Below, piece after piece: positions 51,928 through 64,000 of a DNA stretch of 64,000 nt. Within the stretch, counting starts at the first letter, position 1. Every line of letters starts with the position of its first letter. The DNA is taken from the NCBI GenBank assembly GCA_036172245.1, contig JAYWIR010000048.1:310001-374000 (forward strand), given 5' to 3'. This stretch comes from Raillietiella orientalis (lineage: Eukaryota). Below the pieces are notes generated by a model. That model had not been told where the DNA came from, did not search any database, and was given only the letters and a program-made list of their open reading frames with translations. The translations under genes and the position numbers were made by a program.

Positions 51928-53529
51928 TCCCTCTAAGGAGCAGGAGGTAGGCTGATGGCTCTCTCAGACTGTAGTGATCACGTGTGAATAAACAGGTGGT
52001 CAGGTTCCCGGGAGGAGAGAACAGTGCAGGAACTTTTGGACAAGGTGGAAGCCGAACTCGGAAGTCTTTCGGATCAAGACCTGACCAAGAACACGTCTTG
52101 TAGTAATAGGCGGTTATGTTTCAACACTAATGGTGTTTCCTGAATAAGCCGTTACAATAATCATTTTTTAAAAAGTGCCTTCACCATGTTCCATCGAGCG
52201 ATCGAAGTCGCCTGCGTGGTGCCGGTGTTGGGGTGGGTGGTCTCACTAAAGTTTCCCGCCTCGGAGTACCCAGCGTGGGGGACCTTTCCGCTGGGAGCGC
52301 CTGCCTCCTTCCTTAGTGGTCCCCTCAAAAAACCGCTCATCCTGCCATGGCTTGGTCTGTCTATAGGATTTTGCAATGCCCCCGATCGTTTGGAAAGGCT
52401 CGCCTTGGATCTGTCTTCTTTTCATTCTCCTCCTCGGCTTCGCAATGCTGCGGAGAACAGGAAGGTTTCATCTGGTCGCTTCATCTCGAAATCCGCTCCA
52501 GAAGCTGCGCCTCAACCAACCAAGACCGGAGGAGCTACGCAGTCCTGCCGCATCTTTTCGACACGCCTTCATGCAACGATGTCATAGAGGCTGCATTTTC
52601 TGTTTGCACGGGGCTGCAAGAACTTGATCTGGTTATCTTTTTTTTTTTTTTTTCCTTTTTTCTTTTTTGCGAAAAAAAGCCCATGGTATCAAGAGAGGGC
52701 AAAGGGGAATCCGCCGCTATTTCCACGGTATGGATAGCTCACAGGGGTTACTCTTCACTGCATTTCAGCCAGGATTTAGGACGCGTCGCTGTGGACGCTG
52801 TGGCATTCAGCCTTGCAAAAGCTTCCAGAAAGGAGGTTCGAACCAAAGGGATTTATTTGAAGGCACGGGTAGAAAGTACTCGAAAGAAGAAAGGTCAGGA
52901 AACTACAGATTTCGGGAGAAGAGAAAAGATTTCGGAGAGGGATAAAGAGGGAAAGCCGATGTAATGAAAGAAGAGCGAGATCTAAAACCATTAATCTTGG
53001 AGATACGCTGCAGCGTTACGTCCTGCCTAAGATAATCGTGCGCGGTGCCAATTTTAGTCCTTTTTCTCTCTTTCGCCTTTCACAGAGATGGTTGAGTACC
53101 TCGCCAGCTATTCAAAGCACAAGATATCAATGTAGCCAGCCCATTGCTATTCTTTTGACTCTTTGTCTTGATGGCATTCAGTAAAAGTCCACAGGGTTTC
53201 TGCAATGAGACAAAAACAAATTGTTTCGAAGAATCACCTTTAAAAAATCTTTGAATTTTGAGGACAACTGTGAGTGAGACAACGCTGCCCTTACAAACAG
53301 ACTCAGAAAATCTCGAACCAGCAAGGAATGCCAAGATTTAAGATACCCTGGTACGCAGGAAAACGATTGGGATCACTGAAGTCCTTACTCTAAGAAAGCA
53401 ACACGAGTCTGGACAACATAATCCTAACGAGAGTACTTACAATGACCTCTCTTAGATTTGCTATGTTGTACAGCGAAACAACTTTAGTCCAAAGATAAGA
53501 AGATGTTTAAACTCTTTGAGAAAGGATTA

Positions 53530-54050
53530 CGGAGGTGATCTGTTAATTCACTATTGGGTAGATGACGCCCTCCAGCACCCGTACCATCCAACGCGGAGAG
53601 GCGCAGCAGATCCTCAGCGACGAGCAATCTCACCAGGGAGAGGCCATGTGCTGCGTATCGGAATGCACCGGGCTTGAAGCCATTTTCTACTGGCCGCGCG
53701 ACCACCTAACGCCTCAGGGGCTGCAAGTTATCCACGCCGCTCGTCCGTGATTTCCTGTCCATCAGGGAGCCAGAAGCGGTGGACGGGAGATGAACACGCT
53801 GGATGACCGGTCTCGAAGTCGTGACCAGAAAGAATGGAAGGAAGCGCTGCCTCGCATCTTGCATCATCGAGGACTCTCCACCCCTTCATCTCTGCAGCAG
53901 AAGGCACGGCCCCTTGGTGCCATGGGGTTCCTATCCAGAAGCCAAGAAACACCCTGCGTGGAGTCGTCTCTGAGACCCATCCCCCCCTGACAAATGGGCA
54001 CCCGTGCTGTCACCGTGCTGGGCGCATGCTGCTGTCGGAACTAGCTCTTC
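53530..54050 (+). mobile_element. NeSL/Utopia-like C-terminal fragment
   Basis: HQGEAMCCVS..IHAAR (QGK..FIHRARL-like), EALPRILHH (ETLPHVL.HC-like), SSLRP (LRPD-like). Confidence 0.6.
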
Positions 54051-55279
54051 CATAGCAACGAAGCCGGATAGAATGAATGGACACTCTAGAAATGGCTTCT
54101 CTCTGTCAGTGCATGTCAGGGTGTAGGTGGGAATGCAGCATGTCAAAAAAATGCACACTGATGACACGTTGAAATTGGAATGGGCAGAGCGAAGCGGGCA
54201 TGATTTCTTCAATCCGCTGAGAATGGTCTAGATAATTTGAGTAGAGAGCGGACATCCAGCTATCCCAATACAGGTGCTAAAATAAAAGTTGCGACTGCTG
54301 AAAGGTCTCGATTTTGTCCGATTCGACGAATAAGATGCATAGCACAGATGATAATCGAAGAGTGTGTAGTCCAAAAGTAGATCTCACGAAAGTTACCTCA
54401 TGTGCTCCAGAGTTCAGAAACGAGTAACGGTAAAGCAAGACCACACGATTGCACCATAAAGGTAAAAAGAACTGCTGCAGCTGTTTGCTATTCTAGAAAC
54501 TTCTGCACTTGTAGCTCGAGTTCTTGAATCTGGAGAATATTCGAAAAGATTCGGTGCAAATCTTCTCTAGTTTTCTGCGGAAGTCCCAGTTTCCGAATGC
54601 TAAGAGCAGGGCAGGAATGGTTGCAAGACAGCAAGAAGGCCGTGACGGCACAGCGGGTATCAAACACTTGAGTGCTTAAACCAAGTTGCCTGCATTGGTT
54701 TCCTCAAGAGTAGATTTCAGAGGGAGCACTTTCCCAATGCCTATTAAGACTTGCTGTGTTGTTGCCGGTAGTTGGTTGTTTGAAATTCAGGGGCTGAGTG
54801 CATTGCCAGAATCTGTCTTCTATCCCCCTTTGCTTGGAGCTGCTTGACCTTTACGCCATTCCTTTCGCATCGGTGATCTAAACATCTTTATCTGACTTAC
54901 ATTCAAGAAGTCAGGTAATGGTAATCACTTATTATAGCCCAAGATGTAAAATGCTTCCTCGCATATAACACTAAGCTGACGATTCTTTTCTTCCTTCACC
55001 AAGCTGAAGGTTCCACTTACTGGCTGTTGAGCATCGGTTTCCCTTTACTTTCGAATCCCTTAGGCTCCGCTAATCGAGTTCTGGAACCGTTGACTGAAAC
55101 AAAACAACAACCTTATGCAAAACAATTTCGTTCTGGTCTGTCCACAGAATCCAGAATTCCGAGATTAAAAAAAATCCTTGGGAAGGCCTAGACTTAATCA
55201 AAAGTGGTTGGACCCTCAGCCGACAACCGATACGACGAGAGTTTCACGAGAAGATCGTTGCTCCAAAGAGTGGCTTGTA

Positions 55280-55680
55280 GCTGCTTCATGCTTGGGAATC
55301 CAGACATTCTGAGCTCTTCAATCAAATCCCCCTTGCCTCTTTATTCGTTATCGGGAGACTACCATCTTAGTTTCCCTTCAAGCGGAACGAGGAACAGCTT
55401 TCTCGACTGCGGTTGTCCTGTGCACGGGAGTCACTTTTCAAAGTTTCCGAAGACTGGAGTGTTCCTATCGTCTTGCTGCAGTGTACATCTTTCCCCACGA
55501 GCTGCTCATCATGGCGATGCCGTTTTTTTCCCAGGAAATGAAAAGGCAAACTTTGGATCAGAGGAGCTGCGAACGCGATCTCACTGGACGTCGCCGTGCG
55601 TTCTTCTGCTTGGCGATGCAACTGGGAGAAGGAGCACCACGAATCGTATTTCCAAAAGGCTGCAAACGCACACCGAGCCA
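55280..55680 (+). mobile_element. R2-like RT thumb remnant
   Basis: FMLG, VHLSPR, TLDQR..AFFCLAMQLGEGAP resemble YLG / YL.PR / LD..IR..FF....GGLG.P. Confidence 0.35.
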
Positions 55681-57294
55681 CCGTGGGCTTCCGAAGCAGC
55701 AGCTGCAAAAAAAAAATCAGCTATTCGATTGCAACACGACGTAGGAATTCGCGAAGATTTAGAAGAATGCATCAAGGACCAAGAATGCTGAATTGTTTCA
55801 CTGCTCAAGCGTATTTTTCAAGAACAGGATCGGTATGTAAGTAAACAAAAAATTAGCATCAGCTCTGCTGGAATAACACCGTTCATAAATACGTCTTTGT
55901 CTTCGAATCGTACTCGCAGTATGCCGGGACGACCGGGCAGCAGGAAACAGAAAATAATCACCGGCCGTCGCGCCGATCAAAGGGAGAAGGTATTTTCGGG
56001 GGAAGCTGCACGCTACAGGTAGCATCTGTTCTCCTTTCACTACTCCTCTGAAACCGGGAAAAGCAAAAATCGGTACACCAAGAATGCGGATGAGGAATCT
56101 GTTGGGGCGGTTAAAGGCAAACCCATCGTTCTGATGAGATTAATTGAAAATGAATTTTCATTAGTGAATCTGCTTCCGCATACCTGCTTACCCCCTTATT
56201 ACCCCATCATCGACTGTGAACTTGAAAAAAGAAAGAGAGAGAGAAAAAAAAAACGCCCAATGTTACTCAACACGCAAACGCAACCACCATTAACGGACGA
56301 AATCCTCAAAAGCCAGCAGTCAGTCGCAAATCGGATCGACAACGCCCATTACTTGTTGCTTAAGACGGCTCCGAAGTGCTGAAGCAACCGTTTATTCGAA
56401 ACGATTTTCTACCATCCACCTTCCCGATGATGATCCCTGATCTCCACCACGAACACTTCCCCACCCTCCAGCGCCATCCAGGCGAGCACTTGAGGGAACC
56501 GAAGTCTCCCACGGCGTCCCTCCACGAAGAATCCTCATGGTCCGCTCGCAAGCTGCTGATCTTCAGCTCTGCTGCAGCGGACGGACCCTCGTTTCACCGC
56601 TACTGTCAATCACGCCGTAGAGTATGCCGCACGCTGGTCCGAAGAGCCTTTGCAGATTAATGCAATTGATAAAAGGCCCTCGGAATCAGCTGATGATTTC
56701 CATCGGGTCTGCTCCCTGCCGCGAAGAACCTTCCTTTTTCCCTTTCCTTCTTTTGCTCGGAACCATTCGCACTTGTCGTGAGCCGCATGATTTGTGCTCT
56801 GACCTGGTCGTTGCCCACGAGTGGGTACGCTGTGCGCTCAGCCTGGTTTATTGCATGTTCCTTGCAGGTACAGACGGCCAGCCGAGTTGATCCCAGCCCT
56901 GCCGCGACAACGGGAAGCTGGAAGCATTCACCAAGGGTGACGTGCTGATGTCAAGCGACAGGGAACGTGCGCCTGCGGGCTTCACGGGAGCCGCCTGGCC
57001 ACGTACGTACTTCCCCACTTCACCGGTATGCCCGCTTCCGCCTCTCCGAGAGCGCACTTTCCGAGGTTCGACCCCGCGGGCGCCGAGGTCGCGGACGCGC
57101 AGCTCTTCTGGGACGCAGCACGGCGCCTGGGGAATTTTTCGAGGAACAGGGACAACCGGAGATCTGCAAGTGGATATGTAAGGTGCTAGTAAGTAGGCTC
57201 GAGCAGGCTCAGTTCGGGTTGCTTTGGATCCGAATCGGGAGCAGGTTCGGGGCAGTTGGTTCAAACACGATGCTTCCGCTTGGGCTTCTTCTTT

Positions 57295-59975
57295 TCATTC
57301 TAGAGCAAAGCGTTTCCCGTATCTTTCCTGCAGATACGCGATGAATTCTCTTTTTAACAGATGAAGGCACCTGAAAGGACAGAACCCAAGTTCAGCAGGT
57401 CAATAGTCGGCAGAAACGAACTTAACTTTCTGTACTGGTCGGAAGAACGAAAGCGTGCAATATCCAAGCTTGGCGTGTGTGGAATATGAATGATGAACGC
57501 ATTGGGCAGCACCATGAAGCGAAAGCCCTGGGCATGCAGCTCCATGATATGGGAGACTTTGTTCCAGCCGAAGCCGACGAAACGAGTATCGTACAATGGC
57601 ATCTGCCGGCTGCTTATGACGACGTACGGCTCATAATTCGGTTTCCATTGCACCTCGAAGACATGCGGTAATTACCAACAGCTACTTCCTTCTTACCTCG
57701 TAAGGAGTGGTAGCAGTACGCCACTTGGCAAAATCGGTGGGCGCGTGACCTTTTGCCCAAACGTGATAGCGAAACGTGAACAGAGTGCCATAGTCCAGCA
57801 TCTCTATGACTTCTGCTTTGGATTTGGGAAATGTCAAACGATACCTCTGGGTTTCAAAAGCGGGCACGACGAGGGCCTGCCTTTTCTTGGAATGGAGCAA
57901 CTGTACGACGTACTGACGCAAAGTATCATACATGTGATGACATGGAAGGAAGTCAATGTCGGCAAGAAAAACGTAGGGAGTACGAACAAACTTGACACCT
58001 ACGTTACGCAAAAAATTTATTGGATACAAAATCTGAGTGATACGTAGGGAAATACTTTCGTTCGAGACTCACCCCTTGGCGGTACACAACGTGGTATGCG
58101 ACGTTTTTGCGTGATCTTAATAAATCGGAAGCCAACACATAATCGAGAAGCTGCTGGGCTTCTGCATCTGACACGTACACCGCCAGAGAAATTGGTCCTG
58201 AGCGACAAGATAAGCACCGGACCTACGCAGCCTACCCGCTGTACCTTCCCAGTGCGTGCAGATCGACTCGACCATTTGCAGCCTGTCCAAAGATAGCTGC
58301 GCTACCAGCGTCACATCGTCATCGGGAGGCTTTTGGGGATAAACAAACTCTACGAAGTATGGATGAGTACGATAAGACGTCTGTTGGGCCAAACGAAAAT
58401 GGTGGCACAGTTCATCAGCATCGACTAATTCTTCTGGAAGCTTGCCCTCGTCGCACCCAAACAGTTGCGTGCGCAGTAGGCTGCCATCGTATTCTAGAAA
58501 TGTACGGTAGCGGTTCCGAAAGTACCGTACGTAACGATTGCGCACATACAGCTTTGTCGCTGAATTCCAGTGTAGGACCTGCGGAGAAGGATGGCGCAGA
58601 ACGTTAGAAGGCGCACGTACCTTGGGTTCTTCTTTCTGCCCGTGGCACTGCATGCTGTAACTGTTATCCCCCAACTGCACGTTCCACTCACAAGGTAGCT
58701 GGAATACTCGCTGGGGATACTCTTTGATGATGCTGTTTATAATATCTTGGTCTGCAAGGCTTGTAGCCAAGTAGGTGAGTAGATGCTTCTCTGCCACCAA
58801 ACGCCATAACTGTGTCCAATTGGAGGACCGCAGCTTTTGCAAGTCCATCAGCATGACTCCAGTATTGAACCTATTAACGTCTGAACTCTGGAAAACATGC
58901 TCAGACGCACCCTTTTCCCAGTGCGGGCCAAGGACGATGATACTTCCAGAGCTTGCCCAGGTACCAATCACTCTGATTCTCCACCAACCCAATAGCCTGG
59001 CTACAGAGGTCAACCACTGTTTTCATAAAGTAATGACAACCTGGCTCTCACGAAACTTCTCAAACATAGTCCACAGTTTGCCAATGTTGGCAATGAATGT
59101 GATGTCAGTATCCAGAATGATGACTTGGTGCAACCAAGTTGGCAAGGCATCAGGAACAACCAATTTCGTTAAACCAAAGATACCTGAGTAGTGGCGGTTG
59201 GGTATCCAAGATATCTGGTGAGCCAGTGCATCGATGTTGTAGAAACTAGTCTCCACTGAGACCATAATTTTATGTGATCTTGATCATTTGACACTAACCG
59301 TGAAACAATCTCCAAGTGCTAAACAATTCCCCCAAAATTTGTTGGGCAATAACATCCACAAGAAGATGGATGTGAAGTGGATTCTGTCGATAGAACAGTA
59401 TGGATTTAACAACTGTAGCTAAATCTCTACTGGCATTATGTCCAGCACACACGAAGGCCACGTGCACAACTTCACACCTGTTAAAACGACTATTGTACAT
59501 TTAGTTGATAGCTGTTTTCTTGGTCCTTACGTACCCATGATTTTCTTTTTCAAAATATCCACCGACTTCACTGATATTTTGCTGTTGACCTGCTTTAAAA
59601 TCAGGATACCGCCGTTGTGCTTCTATAAGCTGTTCTTCAAGCAACTGATTCTGCCTTTGAATTTGCTGTAAACGATCTGGCTGTATGAATTTGCCTGTTA
59701 AAGGTGTCGGCAAAAGATCTATGCAAAATTCTAATGACAAAAAAATTGAGATGCGTTTATTACGATTGCAAATGCTCAAGAATGAAGCACTCCATAAGCC
59801 AATAAAAAAGGAACAGAATAGGAGTGATGTCAAAAAAACATAGACGCGCACTTGGCGCCAGGTCCTGTGTCTACCAATGATGTACTGCAAAATTACTATC
59901 ACAATATCACTGTACACACATTTCTGAAAATACAAAGCTGCTGAACAATCGGTAATTGCATAAACAATTTTCCAT
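57295..59975 (-). CDS. LARGE: LARGE-family bifunctional xylosyl-/glucuronyltransferase (GT8 + GT49 domains, type II membrane protein), multi-exon
   Basis: Spliced translation gives the family motifs [145 protein letters not shown] and CLHLLKREF. Exons deduced from GT-AG sites: 59884-59764, 59694-59535, 59477-59299, 59255-59041, 58996-58911, 58870-58621, 58578-58245, 58197-58073, 58032-57697, 57653-57427, 57370-57295 (TGA). Start codon uncertain (ATG at 59975, 60008 or 59921). Confidence 0.93.
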
Positions 59976-60078
59976 TTTAATGCCAATGGAAGTCTCCCCA
60001 CTCCACATACTTATTGCTACTTAGCAATCAAAAAAAAACCTAGAACTGACAAATGAAAATATGACAATCAGCTGTTTC

Positions 60079-62305
60079 TTATTTAGGTTTATTGAGTCTT
60101 CGCTGTTGCCATATTCGATATTTATCATGTGCAGCATCCAGCATCTGATGCAAGTGAGCTGTTGATTCACAAGGAATTGCCTCTCGCTTCATTTTGTCCT
60201 GAAACGGTATTCAAAAAGAATTACAATACATGTACTTACTTCCAAGGCTTTTAACCGCACATGCAGAAATTTGTCTAAAGCAGTTTTGATTTTCATCAAT
60301 TTATTTTCCAATTCTGCTGAATTGGGTGGAAAACAGCCCCAGTAATGGCGAAGTAGCTCTCCCAAAGCCACGTACATCTGCTGCAGCTCTGCAGCAACAG
60401 CTTCAGGTAAAAGATCTACAAACAAACAGATGACATCTGTAATCAAATACTACTGCTACCTGCAGCTAACACATGCCCAGCATCTTTCACAGAAGGAGTA
60501 ACAGCCATCATTATGTCTAATGGAGTTGAGCTCTCCAAGCTAGTAAACCTTTGCAAATCACATTTCCAATTTGTCATCTGGCTGCTAATAAACTGCAATT
60601 CAATAAGTTCTTCTGCCCTGAGAGGCATGGAGGTTGCATCTTTGGAAAAACCTTGGAGATAACGTTCTGTTCTTATTGTGAAGTTTGAATTCGCTGAACT
60701 TTGATCTGCTTCTTCCAAATCATCGTAGCTAAGCTTCTCTAAGAGTTTCATCTGATATACAAAACTGATAAAGCAATCAGGGACAACTAAAGCAGTTACC
60801 TGCTTACTCTTCGGACACAAACTAATACTATCTTCAACTTCATTGTCAGCTGAAGTGGATGCTCGCAAAATCATATTAGAATGGTAATTAAATCTGCACA
60901 AAGGATGGATACTTTGTATACCGAAATTGAATTTACCTCCTAATAATATTCTGATGCACTGTTGATGTTCCTTGTGAGTCTGAGGGATTCTCTTCCCAGT
61001 TCCCTAAACCATCTTCCAACTGAATATCATTGAAGTTTTTTAAATTCATAAGTGGATTGCTGACTACACATTCAGTAGATTTGGCTATGTCTAAACACGA
61101 TCAGAATGAAGAGCATGAGCACGTAAAGGAAAGGTTTTACCCTGCTCATCATTTTTAGCACATTCAGCAAATATATCTTTAGAACTGTAACCAATTCGAT
61201 CCCTGTGAAAATAATGTGACTGGAAAAAACGTGTCCAGAATTCTGCTTCAGTCATTTTGTGTGGGACACATTCCAAGTGTTTTTTCCGCACAACTGGATA
61301 GGTCTTGAATATGGATTGAATCATATCAAATGTCAAATTGTATTTGAGTCCATTAAAGCTATCTGTTTGGGGTTTAATTCCAGACTATAAAGACACTGCG
61401 ACAGATCCCATTCCGAGGCCAAGTTTCATTGAGTTTACCAAGAAAGCTGCAGAAACTCCAACTTCCTGGTTGCTGAATTGATTTTTCTTTACAAATCTTG
61501 GTGCATGTTGACTCCAGAATTCTTCAGGAGTAATTATTTGGGACATAACAAGATCTTTATATAGCTGTAATAATACAACATTTTCTGATAACAACCTATA
61601 ACAAAAAAACATATTCAGAACCTATAAGCTACTAAGACAGATTACAAAAAAAAATTGCTTTAGGTATACGAGGGCATGTAAAAAGAAAAGTCACGATGGA
61701 GGAAAGTTGTTCACTTTACTATCTATTACATGTGGCTTGTAGCTTGTATAGACACAAACTATGCCCAATTTCCTTTTGAGAGCAAAATGAAAAAACAGAA
61801 AATGCTTCTTCCATATAGTGTCATTAATTCTGCACATCAAAAACTGTTCCAAAGAAATAAAACAAATAAATACAGAAATAAGACACTGACAGTCAAGTTT
61901 CAAAATCCATCTATAGTTATTTTGAGAGCAAAACAACTATAAATGGGCTATATGACACAGATATGACAAACAATTCAAAACAACTTCCTTCATAAAACAA
62001 TATAGGATTTTTTATTATTATGGTTTTTGTTTCAGAGCTCTGAGAAGTGACATTTAGAAGTAAACATGCAACTAAAATTTCAACAAATATTTTCATTTCT
62101 TGCCTGTTCTTTTCTTCAAGTTCCTTATCAACTTTTTTCTGAAATTTTGGTAGTAATTGTTGAAGAATTTCTTTGACTCCATTTCTATCTTTAATCTGTG
62201 CTGCCTGCCCAGCAGGATTTACAAAATGGAATGTCGTTGAAGATCCATCATACAGAACAATTTGCAACTGTATCTTTGGTTTTCCCTCTGGTGATATTTT
62301 CTGAA
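60079..62305 (-). CDS. GTF2H1: General transcription factor IIH subunit 1 (p62/Tfb1), multi-exon; first coding exon(s) not located
   Basis: Exons encode [17 protein letters not shown] (PH domain), [33 protein letters not shown] and [36 protein letters not shown] (BSD domains), [20 protein letters not shown] and C-terminal [23 protein letters not shown] at 60081-60079. Confidence 0.93.
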
Positions 62306-64000
62306 CTAGAATAAATTTGTAATACGTTTTACATGAACCTTATTATCTGACAATGCGTACACAATTCAATATACCCTCAAAAACATCACTTCCAATAAAC
62401 ATAGTGCTACTTTGAACAACAATCACATGCAACACACAGTAGGCAAAAAGTCCAAGTGTATAAACTATCAATAATAATACTTAATGCTGCTGTTTAAAAG
62501 ACAAATTTCTATTAGCTTGTTAACATTTGTTAAATTTTAGTTTAAATGGTTGAATATAAAACCATACATTTGCCAGTAAATATAGGATTGCATATCTAAT
62601 TTCTTGCTTTCATAAGTAAAGCAGGTTCTGGTTCTCTCTGATTTGAAACCTGTGTGCAACTTAATATGACTTGAGGGCTGGAACGTTTCTGTCATAATCC
62701 ACACACTAATGTCCAACATTTTAAAATATGTACAAAATTACCACTTGTTAGTTTGTAAGCTGGAATTTCAACACTCTTTTGACAAAAATTTCCTTCATTT
62801 CATTAATTGAATGTCTTATGATCTTGTGGAAATATTTTTATCATTTACAGTAGGAAAAAGTATACTTCATAAATGCAAAAAGAATCTTTTCATGTGAAAT
62901 CAGTGTGACAAGAAAAAGTGTTTCACACTCAAGTCTGGTATTTCTGCTTTCGTTTCTAGGTTTTGCGGTAAGCATCGAATTCTAAGAAAACACTTGTTTC
63001 TTCTCAAAGAGAAGTACTATTGTTCTGTCTTCATTAATACACTTAATTCATTTTCTATCGAATTATCACCCATTTCCGACGAAATTAAACAAAAACGTCA
63101 TCATGAACTGTCATTGCAATCTCAGAATGTCTTCTATTCATCCAAAATTTCGTAGCATTGTTGAATGGGGATGCGAGCAACAATAAATAAAGTCTCTGTA
63201 ATGGGAACAATTGATTCTGTAAATAAGTAGGCCGAATGTCAAACAAGATGGTGTCTTTGGATTCCCTTCCTTAATGTGCTAGCGTATTTTAAGCGCCAAC
63301 TATGGCCTATGTCAGCATACAATCCTGAACTTCAAACTTCCACGAACCTACTCAATATATTCTTACGAATGAAAAAAGGCGGTTTCATTTTTTGTAGAGA
63401 GGACATATCCAAACAACAATGCGTATCCCAATTCCGGCTTTTTACCCATGATGGCATGAATTGCTTTCGGAATTAAATAAGTGCTTAAAACAAATAATAA
63501 GCAAATTTATTTCCAAACATAGATTATGGAATTCATTTTAATAGATTTCTACTGGTTATTTCGGAAAGTTTATATTACCTTTTATATCAGAGTACTTATG
63601 ACTAATGGAAAACGTATCTTTGCCATCCATTATCCATGCTATTCTCTCTTCCATTACGTAAACCGCTCCATCATTCTTTCTGCTCTTGACATAATTAACA
63701 AGAAGCAACACATTTTCGGTGCACGAGGCCATAGGTTACACACAGCGGTGATTATTTGTGTCACAATTAAGTTGCACCAGAATAATTTACACAAAGCACA
63801 TTCCGATTGTCACACCATACTTGCAGCCATGTCTATGAGTTTCAATCCTGCCAAACTACTTCCTTCCTCCAAATTCTTCGATTAATTCTTCATCCAACAA
63901 AGAAAGACTGTTTTGTGTTCTTAGCACCTTAGTTAAGAACAGAACATATCACCTCCAAAAATTCAACTATTTACAAAAAAAAACAAGCTTATCCCTGCTC

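Noticed and set aside
52760..54500. Additional R2-like scraps (RCGRCG near 52785, NSWRG near 53105, TLEH near 54405)
   Set aside because: Isolated motifs too weak to delimit as features, though consistent with the graveyard.
56350..57200. Possible RLE tail on the minus strand and a B-box-like ggttcgacccc near 57065
   Set aside because: Motif similarity is marginal and there is no tRNA fold.
61665..61700. tacgaggg mariner-like terminus in the p62 intron
   Set aside because: No matching inverted end found within the intron.
62537..63885. Short ORFs upstream of the p62 PH-domain exon
   Set aside because: No similarity to the p62 N-terminus or any family I recognise; probably intronic or intergenic.
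1..64000. rRNA, intact tRNA, snRNA/SL RNA genes, telomeric repeats, prokaryotic systems
   Set aside because: None recognised by eye; an Infernal or tRNAscan run would be needed to exclude them formally.

Overview
Eukaryotic (animal) genomic DNA. The 40-60 nt spliceosomal introns, TTTCAG-type acceptors and very tight co-directional gene spacing suggest a nematode, possibly clade I; this taxon call is inference. Only two intact genes are supported, both on the minus strand at the AT-rich right end: TFIIH p62 (GTF2H1, 5' exon not located) and, about 100 bp downstream, a LARGE-type bifunctional xylosyl/glucuronyl-transferase, an operon-like arrangement. About 12-57 kb is a dense graveyard of frameshifted non-LTR retrotransposon fragments (L1/Tx1-like, R2-like, NeSL/Utopia-like). 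It also holds a Mutator-like MITE with a 9-bp TSD, a young 4x172-bp tandem array and several near-perfect hairpins. Leftward the DNA becomes very GC/CpG-rich and saturated with homopolymers and microsatellites, and the long ORFs there look spurious. A sharp switch from CpG-poor to CpG-rich sequence falls inside the LARGE gene. I found no convincing novel intact protein-coding system; the best leads are architectural. TE assignments rest on motifs read by eye across frameshifts and need profile searches.
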